Positions 39,241 through 51,488 of a stretch of DNA of 64,000 nucleotides are shown in pieces. Position 1 is the stretch's first letter, and every line of letters starts with the position of its first letter. This DNA is from Trichosphaerium sp. ATCC 40318 (lineage: Eukaryota; Protista; Tubulinea). Where the stretch lies: assembly GCA_038496445.1 (NCBI GenBank), contig JALMLS010000374.1:222004-286003 (forward strand), given 5' to 3'. The notes beneath the pieces were generated by a model that saw only the letters and a program-made list of their open reading frames with translations, was not told the DNA's origin and did not search any database. The position numbers and the translations under genes are program-made.

Positions 39241-41657
39241 ATGTCTTTGCGTTATTTCTGTACTGCCTTATTGTTTTTTGCTCTTGCTGCACCTACCCAC
39301 GGTAACACAAGTACGAATATTATTCAGCGCGATAGTGCGATTGCGATATATTGTTGTTAATTTTTTATGTCTTAGTCGTAACTTCAAGTGACCACGATTG
39401 TGGCACTGATATGGAGTGCTACTTGAACGAAGGGCCAACCACGCTTATTCTCAATTCTACTGGATTAAACTTTATTGGCAGCACGTTTCAATTTCAACTT
39501 AACGAAAGTATAGACATTTATGGTATGTTGGCGCTTTTGAAAGGTTCTGTAACAAATTATTTAGCGTTAAATAAAGGCATAACTGTTTCGTGCTCACTTG
39601 AACAGGAGACGGTGAACGGGTATCAAAACATTAGCATCTCATTATCAGGATTTACGTTTGATGGTTGTAAAATCAAATTGAACGCCTTTGCAAATGTAAC
39701 TGTAGAGTACATTCATTACAAGTCTAGTTTTTATTGATCAGTTGACGATTGTAGGAATATGGTAGTTACAGGCAATGAGAGTTTTATTAAAATATTTGAC
39801 AGGTACACGTGATTTGATCGATTTTTTAATGAGAAAAATAGCCGAAATGTTATTGTTCGCAATTCACTTTTCCATGAACTGTTCGATTCGATAGGATTTG
39901 CCCAGCCTTTGGGATTATGGATTGAAAAAGTCGAAACGGTTTCTGTGAATAATTGTCATTTTCAACATAATTTTAGAGGAGGGAGGCATATCAATAGAAT
40001 GACACAGAGAGGTAATATTTGATACTCTTATTGTGTTTGATCATAACTATTTAAACATAGGAAATGTTGCTACATTCAAAACTGTTGATAGAGTAATTTG
40101 CGACTTTGCATAACAGGCTAAATATTTACATGCATTTATTTAGGTTACAATCAACTCTTGCTTGTTCAAGGACAATTACATACTTGCAAAGTCTGTTGGT
40201 ATGCAAATCTTATTCCTCGTTTATTCTCATTTGTTTTTTAGCGGACTCTGAGTACTATGTTTCAGTACTATACACAAATTCAATTGATGTGCAGATATTG
40301 AATTCAACTTTTATTGATAATACTATGGAAGAAGAAAGACCACTAATCGAGGACAGATGTACTGGTACACATGTTCTAGCCAAGTATCATATTAATTGCC
40401 GGTTATAGTTGGCTCTTTGGTGTTGGTCGGTCTATCAGGACGTGCATCCGCAGTGATAGATTCTTGTGTATTTGAGAATATTACATGCGTGTAACGTTCT
40501 GCCTAAACTGATTAGTAAATACCTGATTTCTACTTCTAGAAAACAAGTACAAAATATTTCAACAACTATAAGATCCCCTGCATTGATCGGGGCTTCCATA
40601 GACATTACAATCAGGTACACTACTAATATGTTATTTCCTACAATAAGAATACTAAATGTCGTGTTTAGAAATACAACAACAGTCGAAAACAGCCTCAACG
40701 ATAGTACTGCACAAGCAATTGTATTGTACTAATTTATCAAGTAGATACTGGAAGCGTTTTTGATTGTCGTTTTTCACCAACAAATTTCACATGTGGCTAC
40801 TCTGATATCACCTCATATTTTGCAGATTGTCAAGCTAATGGTATAAATTATTTGTATTTGCTCGCTTACAGTGTTGAATAGTTACTTGTGAAGGCAAAAC
40901 CTTCATTCCTACAACAATATCACCAACAACAATATCGCCTACAACTGCACCTACATTAACACCAACTGTTGAACCGACAACTGTATCACCTACAGCTACA
41001 CCAACAGTTGGTAGTCTACCACCTGAAATAGTGTTGTCTAGTTCTTTGACAATAGTTGGCGACTTTGTTAACTCAGAGATAGCAACAATCGCTCCAGGAG
41101 GCTTTCTTCAAGTTGAAGGTATGTCTTGTATCAAAAGATATTTAGACACGTTTATTGGATAATCTAATGTTTAGGATGTATTGTGATACCATCGAATACA
41201 ACGTTCATCATTGACTTCACAAGTGATAACACAACAAGTGTTGGTGAGACAAGAAGAGAAGTAATACGAAGCAACAGCAACTGTATCAATGGTACTTTTA
41301 CAGTTCTTTCACCAGAATGTGTATTGGCGAGAATTGAGCAGACTCTCTCATCGTATGCTTTTTATCTTTGCACTGATCTCTAACTTTTGCTAGTATAATT
41401 GTGATCACATCAAGATCTGATAGTTGTGATAACGGAGCATCAGTAAATGTTGGTTTGGTATTAGGTGTCACATTTGGCATCCTTGTGTTCGTATGTGAAG
41501 ACACTTCTTTTTCTTGTTTTCATTTATTGTTTCGCAAACTAAATTTGTGTGGTAGATTGCTGCAGGTCTGATTATTGCTTTCTTTATACCTTCGTTGAGA
41601 CAAGCCATTTTCCCTTATACTTTAACAACTAAGAAAGTAGAAGTATCTTCTGTTTGA
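39241..41657 (+). CDS. Type I membrane glycoprotein with beta-helix-like ectodomain and Thr/Pro-rich stalk, multi-exon
   Basis: Signal peptide MSLRYFCTALLFFALA; right-handed beta-helix-like strands (IVRNSLF, VNNCHFQHN, ILNSTFIDN); PTTISPTT stalk; TM VGLVLGVTFGILVF|IAAGLIIAFFIP; TGA 41655-41657. Confidence 0.7.
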
Positions 41658-42185
41658 ACCTAACAGTAAAATGCTTATCAATTGTTGTCCGGCATTCAAG
41701 TTAACTTAAAGTGACTTTTTTTTTTGAAAGTTTTTGTAAATTCTAGACTAAAGAATGGCAATCTTGTATCTTTGCCATTTTGTTACCATCGACAGGGGTT
41801 ACTTTTTTCCTCTAGAAAATCGTTCTTGTTGCGCACACTAGCAATTGGTACATGGCTTGCATCCTTTACAAGGATACAAAATCGTTGTAGCCCATCAAAA
41901 GAAGCTCATGATTGTTTAAACATACTCCAATTTTGGAATAAAACAACCAAAAAGAAATCTTGTGCAACCATGTAAGTCAGCAAGAAAAGCTCTCCTATGT
42001 GCGTTGGAGGAGGAAGGATAGTATTTTTCTTGCCCTAACAAGTCACCTACTTAAAAATAGATATTTATCCAAAATGTAGTTGAACTAATAGCTACTAAAT
42101 GGTAAAATAACTTATAACAAGATTAGAATATTACCAAGGATTTTATTTTCACATAATTTCATGTAAACTACAGATAATTAATTAC

Positions 42186-43376
42186 TTACAAGTGTAGGTT
42201 GGTCCCGTATTTATATTTGATTGATTCACATCTTTTTACACTGATAGCCTGTACACCATTCAATGACTTCAAACCTTTATCTGTTACTTTATTTGTATCA
42301 TGTAAGACAATAATATGTACACCAACCAATGCTTCAATACCCTTATCTGATATATTTGCATTACTTATCATAATATCATATACACCAGCCAACGCCTTCA
42401 AACTTTCATCTGTTGCAGCTTTACCAGATATTGAAATAGTGTGTACACCAGCCAATGCCTTCACACCTTCAGCTGTTACTTTGGTATTCTCTAGCTTAAT
42501 AGCATGTACACCAATCAATGCTGTGATAGCTTCATCTGTTACTTGTGTAGCTGTTAAATCAATATCATGGACACCGGCCAAGGCCTTGACACCTTTATCT
42601 GTTATGGATGTACAATAATATAAGCTGATACTGTGCACACCTGCCAATGCCTTGACTCCCTCATCTGTTATTAATACATTGCTATCCAAGCTAATGGTAT
42701 GTACGCCAGCCAATGCTTTGATGCCTTCGTCTGTTATTGATTCACAATAACGCAGGTGGATAGTATGTACGCCAGCCAACGCCTTGATACCCTCATCGGT
42801 AACTTGTGTTTGAGACAAGTCAATCTCATGAACACCAGCTAACGCCTGTATACCCTTATCTGTTATTTTGTTGCAACCATATAGGTTGATAGTGTGCACA
42901 CGTTTCAACATACGTAACCCTTCATCTGTTATTCTACAACAAAACAAGTCTATAGTGTGTACACGAGATAATGACCTCAAACCTTTGTCTGTAATTTGGG
43001 TACCATGTAGCCAAATTTTATGTACTCCTTTCAGTGGTACGATGTAGTCATCAGTTATTCTGTCGCACTTGCGCAAGTCGATGGTGTGTACACCTGAAAG
43101 AGACCACATATGCTTGCTTGTTACGTTTTTGTTGAACTTATGCATAGTGATTACAGTATTCTTCAGTAAAGGGCTTCTTTCAAGTAGTCTCATCTCGCTC
43201 TCTGAAGTAATATAGATTTGACCATAACCAACGAGTTTATGGACGATTTTTCGTAGTTTATGGCATGTTTGGGCTGAACGAAGTGTATACCGCCCTTGTT
43301 TGAGAATATGAACTATAACTTCGACTGGAAGATCTACAAGCTCAGTTGTGGTATTTTCTGCGTGTTCTGCGTTCAT
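42186..43376 (-). CDS. F-box + LAGVHTI-type LRR protein, intronless
   Basis: LVDLPVEVIVHIL...AQTCHKL; about 13 repeats of ITDEGIKALAGVHxIxL. Confidence 0.9.
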   Translation of the reverse strand: MNAEHAENTTTELVDLPVEVIVHILKQGRYTLRSAQTCHKLRKIVHKLVGYGQIYITSESEMRLLERSPLLKNTVITMHKFNKNVTSKHMWSLSGVHTIDLRKCDRITDDYIVPLKGVHKIWLHGTQITDKGLRSLSRVHTIDLFCCRITDEGLRMLKRVHTINLYGCNKITDKGIQALAGVHEIDLSQTQVTDEGIKALAGVHTIHLRYCESITDEGIKALAGVHTISLDSNVLITDEGVKALAGVHSISLYYCTSITDKGVKALAGVHDIDLTATQVTDEAITALIGVHAIKLENTKVTAEGVKALAGVHTISISGKAATDESLKALAGVYDIMISNANISDKGIEALVGVHIIVLHDTNKVTDKGLKSLNGVQAISVKRCESIKYKYGTNLHL

Positions 43377-43879
43377 TTCGTTATTGTTTGACCGGATAAC
43401 GGAAATGTGGCTTTAGGTGATAATGCTGTAATTAAGGAGAAATGGTTGGCATTTTTCGCTGAACTTACCAGTTTGTGTTTTAAAAATAGCGTCTAACACG
43501 TGTAAACAACTGTTCGGAGGGGGGTCCCACTATTGGTGTCATGGGTTTGGTTTGTTTCGGGGTAATTATTTAGCGTGCCCTACGAAACAGAAATAGACTT
43601 TTTTGTTATTTGATCACCTTTATTGTGTTTGGTAGTAAGGACAATTCTGTCTTGCTAAGTTACCTTAACTAAGGTTTGGTGAGTTTCGTTTGAATAAACT
43701 TCAATTCGTACGCGAACCTCGCATCAAACAATGAATTTCTCGTGGGTATCAGTAGAACAGGCGCTAACGTACTTTCAAGAGAAGCACAAAGGAGCACACG
43801 CTCCACAACATGAACAGATAAATACGTATTTTTTAGTATTTCTACACAGTTCGTTCAAACCTGACTTTTTTAAGCATTA

Positions 43880-44398
43880 CTGGCAGATGTAAATGTCACT
43901 GATGATATGATACTACCAACAGAATCAAAACAATAGATTTAACAAATTCTGAACTTTTGACGGATGAAGGTATTATGGCACTTGCTGGAGTTCATACCAT
44001 CAACTTTGGGAGTACTGAAGTGACGGATGAAGGTATTATGGCACTAGCTGGAGTTCATACAATCAACCTTGAGAGAACTGAAGTGACAGATGAAGGTATT
44101 AAAGCGCTTGCTGGAGTTCATACCATCAATCTTGAGAGTACCAATATGACAGATGAAGGTATCAACTCATTGCAAGGAGTTAAACACATTTACCTTGGAG
44201 GGCATTGTTTAGTTACTGATAAATGCATTAGAGCACTTATAGCCGCATCAGTCGCAGTCACTTTCGGCTTTTGACCTTTGCAATTGAGGAGTGCAGAAGA
44301 ACGCATCATATCATTAAAAGGAACTACAACATTTACCTTGGAGGGCCATTGTTCAGCCACTGATAACTGTATTAAAACCCAAGCTGCATTAATCGCAC
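43880..44398 (+). pseudogene. 5'-truncated LAGVHTI LRR gene with a decayed tandem copy of its last repeat
   Basis: Four repeats in ORF 43957-44274 with no ATG start or F-box; 44290-44398 is a degenerate copy of about 44150-44257 (ACATTTACCTTGGAGGG..TTGTT). Confidence 0.7.
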
Positions 44399-46086
44399 TC
44401 ATACACCAGAAATGCTACAATAAATATAGTTATTATTCCTTTCAAGCTTGTTGAAAGCGCAATGTACTCAAAGGCAGATTCAACATATTCTTATTTTTTT
44501 CTTTCTTTGGATACTATTTTGTAACTGAAGTAACGGCTTGTACACATGTTTTCTAAGATCTTAGGAACACAGTATTATTGCTATTTCCTTACGCTACAAT
44601 AGAAGTTAGCCATCAAAAAAAAAACATACTTTTACCACCAAATTCTTTGCTCTTGCTCAATCTAATGAACTACCTAAGCGTAGTGGCAAAATAAAAATAA
44701 CGCTATATAACTGTACAGATTCGCAGGTGAGTCACAGTAACGTAGGAATGTAGCCCTTGGTTTTTCAAACAACCGTTGATGACCAGGATTCTTTTAAGTA
44801 TTCTGATACTCACAGTATAAGGAAGTCTAGCTTACAGCTACGCCAAATGGTGGTCAAAACCACTTCCTTACAGCAGTTACTTTAGTAACTAGCGAAAAGC
44901 TTGTTGTCCATGACAAAGACACTCCAAAACTCAAACTATAAAGACCATGTAAGAATAAAAATAATTACCCTATTGACAGAACTGAAAAAGGCGGTGAAAA
45001 GTTTAATCTTGGTTGTAGCGTCTCTAGTAAATAATCTCCAACAGTTTCACCAAACAAACAGGCCATTCTGAAGTGGTTGAAGGATAATAGAGGAGGCATG
45101 TCTTATCACATGACGTGGTGGAAGGATACTTGTACCCTTTTTTCGAGCGTGTTTGTTCTTGCAATGTATGTGACAATCCAACAATTCAAATCTTCTTTAA
45201 GTGACGTCAGGCCAGCACCTGAGATCTTTGTCCTACCGGTGTAGCGTCACTATAGTTGTACGATTAGAAAATAAAAAAAAACCAAATCTTCTTTTATTCC
45301 TTGAAATTTTTGTTACAAGACTTTTTATGACGACGTAAACGAAGTACAAACTACGGAACTCATTGGCCCGGTGTTCCACTGTCTGAAACAGGTGACGGCT
45401 TTGTAAAAAACGCGAAACAAAGCGCTTTGGACACTGTAAAGCAGAAATAGGTAACAAGTTGTTAATATGCGTTCATACTACGTAATAATACAGATATCGT
45501 TCTCTACAAGCTATTGTTGAAAGAATCTACTGAAATTCGGGCCACAGAATAAAAAAGCAAATGTCAACGTCAAACGCTATCAAAATGGCTAAACCAGATG
45601 ACACACGCTCTGTGCGTTCATATTAGCTACACAACCGTAATAATATCGTAAACAACCTTGACGTTGTAGCAATTCGGTTCCAGCCTCATGCATGCATTTG
45701 GATAATCTGATATGAGCGTATTTACAAGAAAGACAACGCATGTACGCTGCTGTGGCTAGACATATCACTTTCGTACGAAAGCTGAAGATTTTTGTCGAAA
45801 CGAAGACGGAAAAAGGTATTGTTGATTGCACTAGCACTCTACTTTGTCTGCATTTGATTACAACTGATGACACTGGTGGTATGTAGGAGTTATAGTCCAT
45901 TACACTAATTGCAGAGAAGGTGTTGAACAGAATGAGTATGTTGGCCATATTGTAATTGAAACACGTGATCTCTAGTGATTAGTTATTTTGAAAGTGACCG
46001 CTCAGCTCTTATTGATTAAATGGTCGTATAGTTAATAAGCAAAATATGGTCGTATAGCATTAGGTAAAAAATTGTTGAAAAAGTTT

Positions 46087-46413
46087 TTATTTTTCACTAA
46101 CAAAGTTCAAACCGCGTTCATGGCGCGTAAAATATTTCTTTTGTTGGTTGATTGAGTTACCTTTGAACGTATCTTGCCATAATAATTCGCACAGTTCAAG
46201 AGCAACGTGGTGAGGTATGCGCCTTATATCATGTGCGATTTCGTGGCCTCTGGTTGCCTTTTTTGCTTCGGACCACTCTTGAATGGCTTGTTCACGGACA
46301 TTCTCTATTCTCGTTGTATGAATGCGCACAATTGATGCAAGTGAGTGTTCCTTTGGCCCATTCGGTGTCAGTGAAAATTTTATGCCGGCCCAAACAGCGT
46401 TTGTTCTTATCAT
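46087..46413 (-). CDS. Intronless orphan ORF (108 aa) beside the tRNA
   Basis: ATG-initiated ORF with protein-like composition; no recognisable motif. Confidence 0.4.
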   Translation of the reverse strand: MIRTNAVWAGIKFSLTPNGPKEHSLASIVRIHTTRIENVREQAIQEWSEAKKATRGHEIAHDIRRIPHHVALELCELLWQDTFKGNSINQQKKYFTRHERGLNFVSEK

Positions 46414-46609
46414 GATTACTATAGCTTGAAAGAGGAGGAGGTGTGATGCTTGAGGTTGGTTTAATAGAATGACTGCGCTGGCAAGATTGATTTGAGTGAT
46501 CAGAGTGAATAGATTGATGTTTAGTGAGTGAAAAGTATCTCGCTCTTTGATTGATTAGTCAAATCATAAGTCATCGCCTCACTTTGTATTAGTAGAAAGA
46601 TTGTAAATG

Positions 46610-46683
46610 GGTCGTATAGCTCAGCTGGTTAGAGCACCGTGCTAATAACGCGGGGGTCCAGGGTTCGATCCCCTGTATGACCA
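46610..46683 (+). tRNA. tRNA-Ile (anticodon AAT)
   Basis: Acceptor stem GGTCGTA/TATGACC, D-arm GCTCAGCTGGTTAGAGC, anticodon arm CCGTG-CTAATAA-CGCGG, T-arm CAGGG-TTCGATC-CCCTG; T5 Pol III terminator just downstream. Confidence 0.97.
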
Positions 46684-46741
46684 ATGACTTTTTGCGTTTT
46701 TCATAGTATGTAGGTGATTTCCATCCTTCTTTTGCAATTGG

Positions 46742-47026
46742 CGCTACTCTCTAGTAGTTAGCGCACATCGTCACAAGAATTTGTTAAAAACGGTGGATTA
46801 CATAGCCTATGGTGGTGACATTAAAGTTTGTTTTTTCCCGTATATGCAACAAATTATCTGCTAATTTATTCCCTGTTTGAGCGTTTTACCTTTTTCTCTG
46901 CGCATGTATGTATTTTTCATCATTCTTTCACAATTTTTGCTACTCTCTAATAATAATTAGAGTACAGTGTTCCAAAATTATAACAAAAACGGGCATTACA
47001 TAGGCTGTGGTGACGACATTAACTTT
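46742..47026 (+). repeat. Two degenerate ~87-bp direct repeats, period about 197 bp
   Basis: GCTACTCTCTA..TTAG..AAAAACGG..ATTACATAG.CT.TGGTG..GACATTAA at 46742-46828 and 46939-47026. Confidence 0.65.
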
Positions 47027-48663
47027 ATACAATGAAGTGCGTTAATGTACTGTGATGTGCTTAAGAGTTGCCATGCCTTAGCGACTAGCACTTAGGTAGT
47101 TCATTGTGACAAAGAGCTTCCAGAGACCCTCTGAGTTTGCAGGCATTGATCGAGCCAGCGGTAGGTAACTAATCAAGATGAAAGTCATCCATAGCGTAGC
47201 TACAGGTTTACCTAACAAAAACGTGATAAGCACGTGATTTCAAACGTTTTAAAAACAGAGCAAAAACTGTACTTCCTTTTTGTATTCAACAATGAGATTC
47301 TTTGCCACGTCTGCTCTGTTTCAAGTCTCTGAACCATAGAGAATAACACCTTCTCGCTGGAACATCAACTCATTTGGCCGGTTTGTTAAGAACATCAAGT
47401 TCATCCACAGATTTAGCATGAAGCTGTTTAAGTTGAAGTTTGGTAAAATAATTAATAGACTCATGAGGCGAAGCAACACGTTTAGGTTAGCTCTGTTATC
47501 AAAGCAGTAGGATTGTAACGATACCTAGGTGCAAGGGTCAGAAAATTGCCTCGCCTGCTCCTTTTCTTGAGCAATCATCGTTGGAGTACCTTTTTCAGAT
47601 GCTAATTGACGCTAGGACAGTTTTCATTGATTAGCGATGGACCTACAAGCTCAACTGAGTTCGGAGATAGTGGTTACCATCATATTCTTCTTAAGGAGTA
47701 TACAATATTAGGCAATTTGGTGAGGATCCAGCCTACTTAACTTTAGTTTCTTCTCTACCATTCTCTACCACTCTTAATTTATTCAGTATCAGACCATTCC
47801 CGATGGTGCAACCGTCTGCGTTCTGTATTATTTTGTGTAGAAAGTGGTTTGATTATTATTAATGAGCTAAATCTTGCTTGAGAGTTTCTTGAGAGCCAGC
47901 CAATAAAAACAAATTCACTATCTGTGAAGGAGTGTGCTTAGATGTTTCTTTATAGTTAGTTTCATATTTATGTGCCTAGAATAGCGAGAATTCAAGGTCA
48001 TCGTTTAGTTACAAAATGCTAGTTTTGTTGATTTAACATATTGTCTGTTTCATTCAAGTTTTACTAATATTTTCTAGTGAGTTTTTAGCACTTTTAGCAG
48101 ATCTACACTTCTGTCAAATGGTATAGATCTATCACAATGTGAACTATTAGCGTGCCATTAATCACAATGCTGTCTAGCATAGTACGACATACGTCCCTTA
48201 CGTGATAAACACATTTTTTATGTCACTTTCAAAGACCTTGGCAAGACGATCGCAGTATTTTACGTAGGCACACTGCACACGTACGTTAAAACCACATCAG
48301 TCCTCATGGAGCTAATAGAGAATTAAAGGTTACAGGTCAACAAAGCTTGAGCATTCCGCCAAACACAGACGAATGCCTCAAACACTATTTTTGCTGGTTT
48401 TTTAAAAATCAACGTACGTGTATATAACGTACAAGTGCTACGCTAGCGCCTACTCCACGCTAACAGAAGCGCTCTCGCAGCATTCAAACAACAAAGCAGG
48501 TATATTGACATAAAAACCTCTCAAAACACTACCAACGTTGCTGTGGGCTTTGTAAACGCTGCCAGGGTCAAATATGTTCATAAAATTTTTTGGTAGGTTT
48601 GGAAAATCACGTGGTATTTTGACCGACTGGATTTGACCTTTTGAACCCCCTATACAGCAACCA

Positions 48664-49641
48664 ATGGCAACAAATCAACGTGAAACGATAAACAATGTCC
48701 ATTGTTGGATTCAAAATGTCCCACCGGAGACCTTAACGCATATTCTTTGCTGTTTAAACAGAACACAACGTATTAAAGCTTCCACAGTCTCTCATGCGTT
48801 TAATAACATTATTCGCTGTAATATTGGCTTCGATTACATCCGTTTGCGCAATTCATCTGATTGTCGTGTTCTAAAAGGCAGCCCTTTGCTCAAAAACACT
48901 GAGATAGCATGTCGTAAGTTAACTATATCAGATACTGACTTGAGATACCTTTCTGGCATTCGTACTATAACCCTAGATCATGTCAGTATCACATCAACTA
49001 CGAATAAAGGTGATTGGATGACAGCCTTAAGTGGTGTTCATTCAATAAGTCTTGGTCATATTGAGCTCCATGAAAAATCTCTCGCTGCATTGGTTGGCGT
49101 TCACACGATAAATCTAAGATTTACTAAAGTATCAGATTATGGTATACTCTCATTAGTACATGGAGGAAAGCACACTGTACACAATATAAATTTGCGTTTC
49201 GCAAAGGTAACAGATGCTTCATTGATCGCACTTACAGGTGTACACACTATTGATATCTGTGGTTGCTTCAATATTACTGAAGAAGGAATAAAGGCACTCA
49301 AAGATGTACATGAAATTAGAATAGGTCGTGCAACAGAATCATGGCTCAACCATCTTGGGAATGTACATACTATTTGTATTGCTAATGGAGCATTAATAAC
49401 AGATGATGGACTTAAATCATTGGTCAATGTCAAATGTTTGTCGTTGAGTATAAGTGGGAAAATAACAGACTCAGGGTTCAAACATTTGATTAATCTTGAA
49501 CACTTGGTACTTAATAACTGTCATGCAATCACAAATAATGCCTTACAATACATGAAAGCTCTTAAAAGTATCAGAATAAAGGACTGTAAAAAGATAACTA
49601 AATCGTTTGTAGATACAACTAGTATACATTGGGAACAATAA
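48664..49641 (+). CDS. F-box + GVHT-type LRR protein, intronless
   Basis: IQNVPPETLTHILCCL...ASTVSHAF F-box; divergent GVHSI/GVHTI repeats. Confidence 0.85.
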   Translation: MATNQRETINNVHCWIQNVPPETLTHILCCLNRTQRIKASTVSHAFNNIIRCNIGFDYIRLRNSSDCRVLKGSPLLKNTEIACRKLTISDTDLRYLSGIRTITLDHVSITSTTNKGDWMTALSGVHSISLGHIELHEKSLAALVGVHTINLRFTKVSDYGILSLVHGGKHTVHNINLRFAKVTDASLIALTGVHTIDICGCFNITEEGIKALKDVHEIRIGRATESWLNHLGNVHTICIANGALITDDGLKSLVNVKCLSLSISGKITDSGFKHLINLEHLVLNNCHAITNNALQYMKALKSIRIKDCKKITKSFVDTTSIHWEQ

Positions 49642-49932
49642 AATAATAGAATTTATTAAAACGCTCTTGTCATGTCTTACTGCCTTCCATAAAAGTCATT
49701 GTTATGTTCTATACCAAAAGAGTTCATAAGTAGTCACTGTGAATACAAACAGGTAACACATACTGTCAAGTATTCCTAAAAAACCAGTCTGGCTTGTAGA
49801 GGTAAACGGCAATATAGACGCAATGAGCTGACCTTTTTTTTTGGCTGCCATTATTGCAATGATGCAAACTCAGAAAGCTGTTGTGTTTTCTTTTTGGGAC
49901 CTGACTTCTTGATGCTTGTTAAACTCGATTAT

Positions 49933-50460
49933 GCACATATATTGAGTAAGCAATGGTACTCAAGAGTACTCTTCATGTTGTCCTGTATATCATTTCGGGA
50001 ACGATTCCAATGCTAGCAAACAAAATGTGTTTATTATATACAATCACGTGTTTATCGCAAGTACAGGCTGATGGTTCAAATGAGAAGCCTTTCAGAAGCA
50101 TTGAAGGAGCAACTCAAAATACCACCGATACAGTGCATGTAGTTTGTGTTGGAGGTAGTGTTTTAGAGCGTTTTGCGTTTCACGTGACTAGTTTATTAAT
50201 GGTTTTCATACACCACTTAGGAAATACTATCTTCTATAAAACTGACCGTGTCATGACTCAATGGAAGCATTATAGGAGTCCCATATTCAAAGTGGAGTAC
50301 TGGGATCCACGCGAAACAAAGAGACCTATTTAAAATAACGTATGCTGTAATAAGCCGGGGAGGGCGTTTGGCAATACATTATACACTAGCTCCTATATCC
50401 GAACCCGAGGTTGTTGAGATCCACAGTTGAACAAAAATTTGACTCTGTTAAGCTATGGTA
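49933..50460 (+). pseudogene. Fragment of a secreted-protein gene with a DUF1565-like N-terminal motif
   Basis: Exon ADGSNEKPFRSIEGA...VVCVG resembles GNGTIDSPYHTL of the gene at 54069-56586; neighbouring frames are broken. Confidence 0.35.
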
Positions 50461-50566
50461 TCAATGGACAATTAGAGATGAAGTATTTTTATGCTAGTGC
50501 CAAAAGAGATTTATTAGGAATACAGTTTTTGTTGAAACACGTGATTAAAAAAACATAACATCTACA

Positions 50567-51488
50567 ATGCGTAATGCCAATGTACGAAGCTTGATTGTTG
50601 AAAGCCATAAATCAGTCGAAGATTTGCCACCAGAGACATTAACGCACGTTCTACGTCATTTAAACAGAAAAAACCGTATTGTGGCGTCTACAGTTTCTCA
50701 CGTGTTTAATAACATCATTCGCTGTAATATTGGCTTTCTCAGCATCAAATTGAGACGGACCACGTTTTTTCCGAATTTTTCGAAAGAAAAAATTCGAAAA
50801 AATAGAATTCGATACAAAAACTGAATGCCTATACCCACCAATGGATCACTATATGTGAGCGAAGGTCGGGTTCTAGTTCCGAGCACAGCGAGGACCCGAC
50901 CGTAAGTGAACCAGGCGCTTTCTAGTTAAGTGGACTGCCCTAGCTATGCATCTTTCTGCATCTTTCTACACTTTCGAATTTTTGTTTTCGGAAAATTCGG
51001 AAACAACTATGGCCCCTTGGTACTAGTAGAAAGTGCCTTATCTTGCCTTTCTGGTGTTAAATCAATAGACCTACATCAAACAAATATTACAGACTCAGAT
51101 ATCCTTGCATTACTACAAGGAGGAACTCACACCATTCACGCCATTAACTTGGCTGAAACAGCAATAACAGATGTTTCATTGATCACGCTCAGAGGTGTAC
51201 ACACAATCAATGTTGATTGCTTAAGTATTACTGAAGAAGGAATAAAGGCACTCAAAGATGTACATGATATCACAATCGGTCGTGCAACAGAATCATGGCT
51301 CAGGTTTTAAGCATTTAAGCAATGTACAGCATTTGAAGGTATTTTGGTGTAAGTTGCTTACAAATGATTGTTTGAAACACTTAACTTCCCTCAAAACTCT
51401 TAAAACATGTGGGGCCAATATTACAAAAGATGCTGTTGAGGCATTAGGTATAAAGTGTGGCAGGTTTGATATTGGGTTTTTGCCTTGA
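50567..51488 (+). pseudogene. Disrupted tandem paralogue of the 48664 F-box/LRR gene
   Basis: Shares PPETLTH..NNIIRCNIGF and ITEEGIKALKDVH..IGRATESWL; interrupted by an element at 50755-51017 and frameshifted at about 51300. Confidence 0.9.
50755..51017. mobile_element. MITE-like insertion with ~45-bp imperfect TIRs and an internal GC-rich hairpin
   Basis: Left end ACGGACCACGTTTTTTCCGAATTTTTCGAAAGAAAAAATTCGAAA versus reverse complement of right end AGGGGCCATAGTTGTTTCCGAATTTTCCGAAAACAAAAATTCGAAA; stem 50864-50874/50891-50901. Confidence 0.8.

Noticed and set aside
50820-50960. GC-rich structured core as 5S rRNA, SRP RNA or snRNA
   Set aside because: Only short motif resemblance and no conserved fold; enclosed by TIRs, so treated as MITE interior.
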